Both the position numbers and the translations under genes were made by a program. A stretch of 64,000 nucleotides of DNA, taken from the IMG/VR virus record IMGVR_UViG_3300044678_002668, positions 15,503 to 79,502 of that record; one strand, given 5' to 3'. Shown here one piece after another: positions 63,399 to 64,000 of the stretch; position 1 is the stretch's first letter, and every line of letters starts with the position of its first letter. The DNA comes from a virus. Under the pieces are notes generated by a model. That model was given only the letters and a program-made list of their open reading frames with translations, had not been told where the DNA came from and made no database searches.

Positions 63399-63947
63399 TT
63401 AGATATCTTGTTTACTGATATCCAAAAAGTCCACGTCATTTTTTAATCTAGTAAAGCTATCATAAATACCTAAATGATTTACATATATTTTATCAGTATA
63501 TGTGTCTCCCCATTTAGTTAGAGTAGCTTCAATTAATAAAGTACGTTCGCCATCTAAATCGTTATTAATACCTAAAGCTGCTTGATTAGGAGAAGCTATC
63601 CATTTATTTCCAGAAGAAGAACCTGATCCAGTAAAAATTAAAGTTTTATTCCAATTATTTGAAGCATCTAAATAATAAACTTTAAACTCACATGATCCAG
63701 AAGAAGTCTCTTCTTTATTTTTATTTTCTAACCAAGCAATCATCTGAATACCATCAAAAGTATTTGTATTAAATTTAGCCCATAAAAATACAGATTGAGT
63801 TGTTTGATTATCTGCTACATGTTTTTGTGTAAACAATACTGAATTATAAGTAACTCCGGGTGTTAATAATAGTCTACGCCCCATCCTTAATTTTAAAGGT
63901 TGAGTGTATTGATTGTTTACAGTGCTTTTAATTCTTCTACTAGCCAT
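63399..63947 (-). CDS. hypothetical (probable virion) protein
   Basis: AGGAG RBS; 182 aa. Confidence 0.75.
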   Translation of the reverse strand: MASRRIKSTVNNQYTQPLKLRMGRRLLLTPGVTYNSVLFTQKHVADNQTTQSVFLWAKFNTNTFDGIQMIAWLENKNKEETSSGSCEFKVYYLDASNNWNKTLIFTGSGSSSGNKWIASPNQAALGINNDLDGERTLLIEATLTKWGDTYTDKIYVNHLGIYDSFTRLKNDVDFLDISKQDI

Positions 63948-64000
63948 TATTCTCCTAGAGTAATACCAACAGTACCAACTCTAGTCTGACCAGCAGCAGT

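Overview
This window is a 64-kb segment of a dsDNA tailed bacteriophage genome, probably podovirus-like, using the standard genetic code. No integrase, tRNA or CRISPR array is visible. Positions ~2750-35679 form a + strand early/middle arm. It carries a MoxR-AAA/VWA module, two exported serine proteases, a class II ribonucleotide reductase with an intein, dUTPase, a deaminase, a PD-(D/E)xK nuclease, an SSAP, an AEP primase-helicase, PolA, a metallophosphoesterase, DUF5664, HNH nucleases and spanin-like genes. Positions 35681-64000 form a convergent - strand late arm with holin, ejection proteins, tail tube/adaptor, fibres, an M15 endolysin, major capsid and scaffold; portal and terminase must lie outside the window. 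Four things stand out beyond the ORF track. (1) A ~380-nt pseudoknot-rich noncoding RNA candidate with its own near-consensus sigma70 promoter lies between capsid and endolysin. (2) A second ~410-nt densely base-paired noncoding element lies at 12085-12500. (3) A 13-nt motif, TAACAAATAATAT on the - strand (7 copies), behaves like a phage late promoter. (4) About 35 translationally coupled, aromatic-rich 40-63 aa microprotein genes sit in six tandem arrays, at least two with array-specific motifs. Family calls are from motif recognition by eye; no searches were run.
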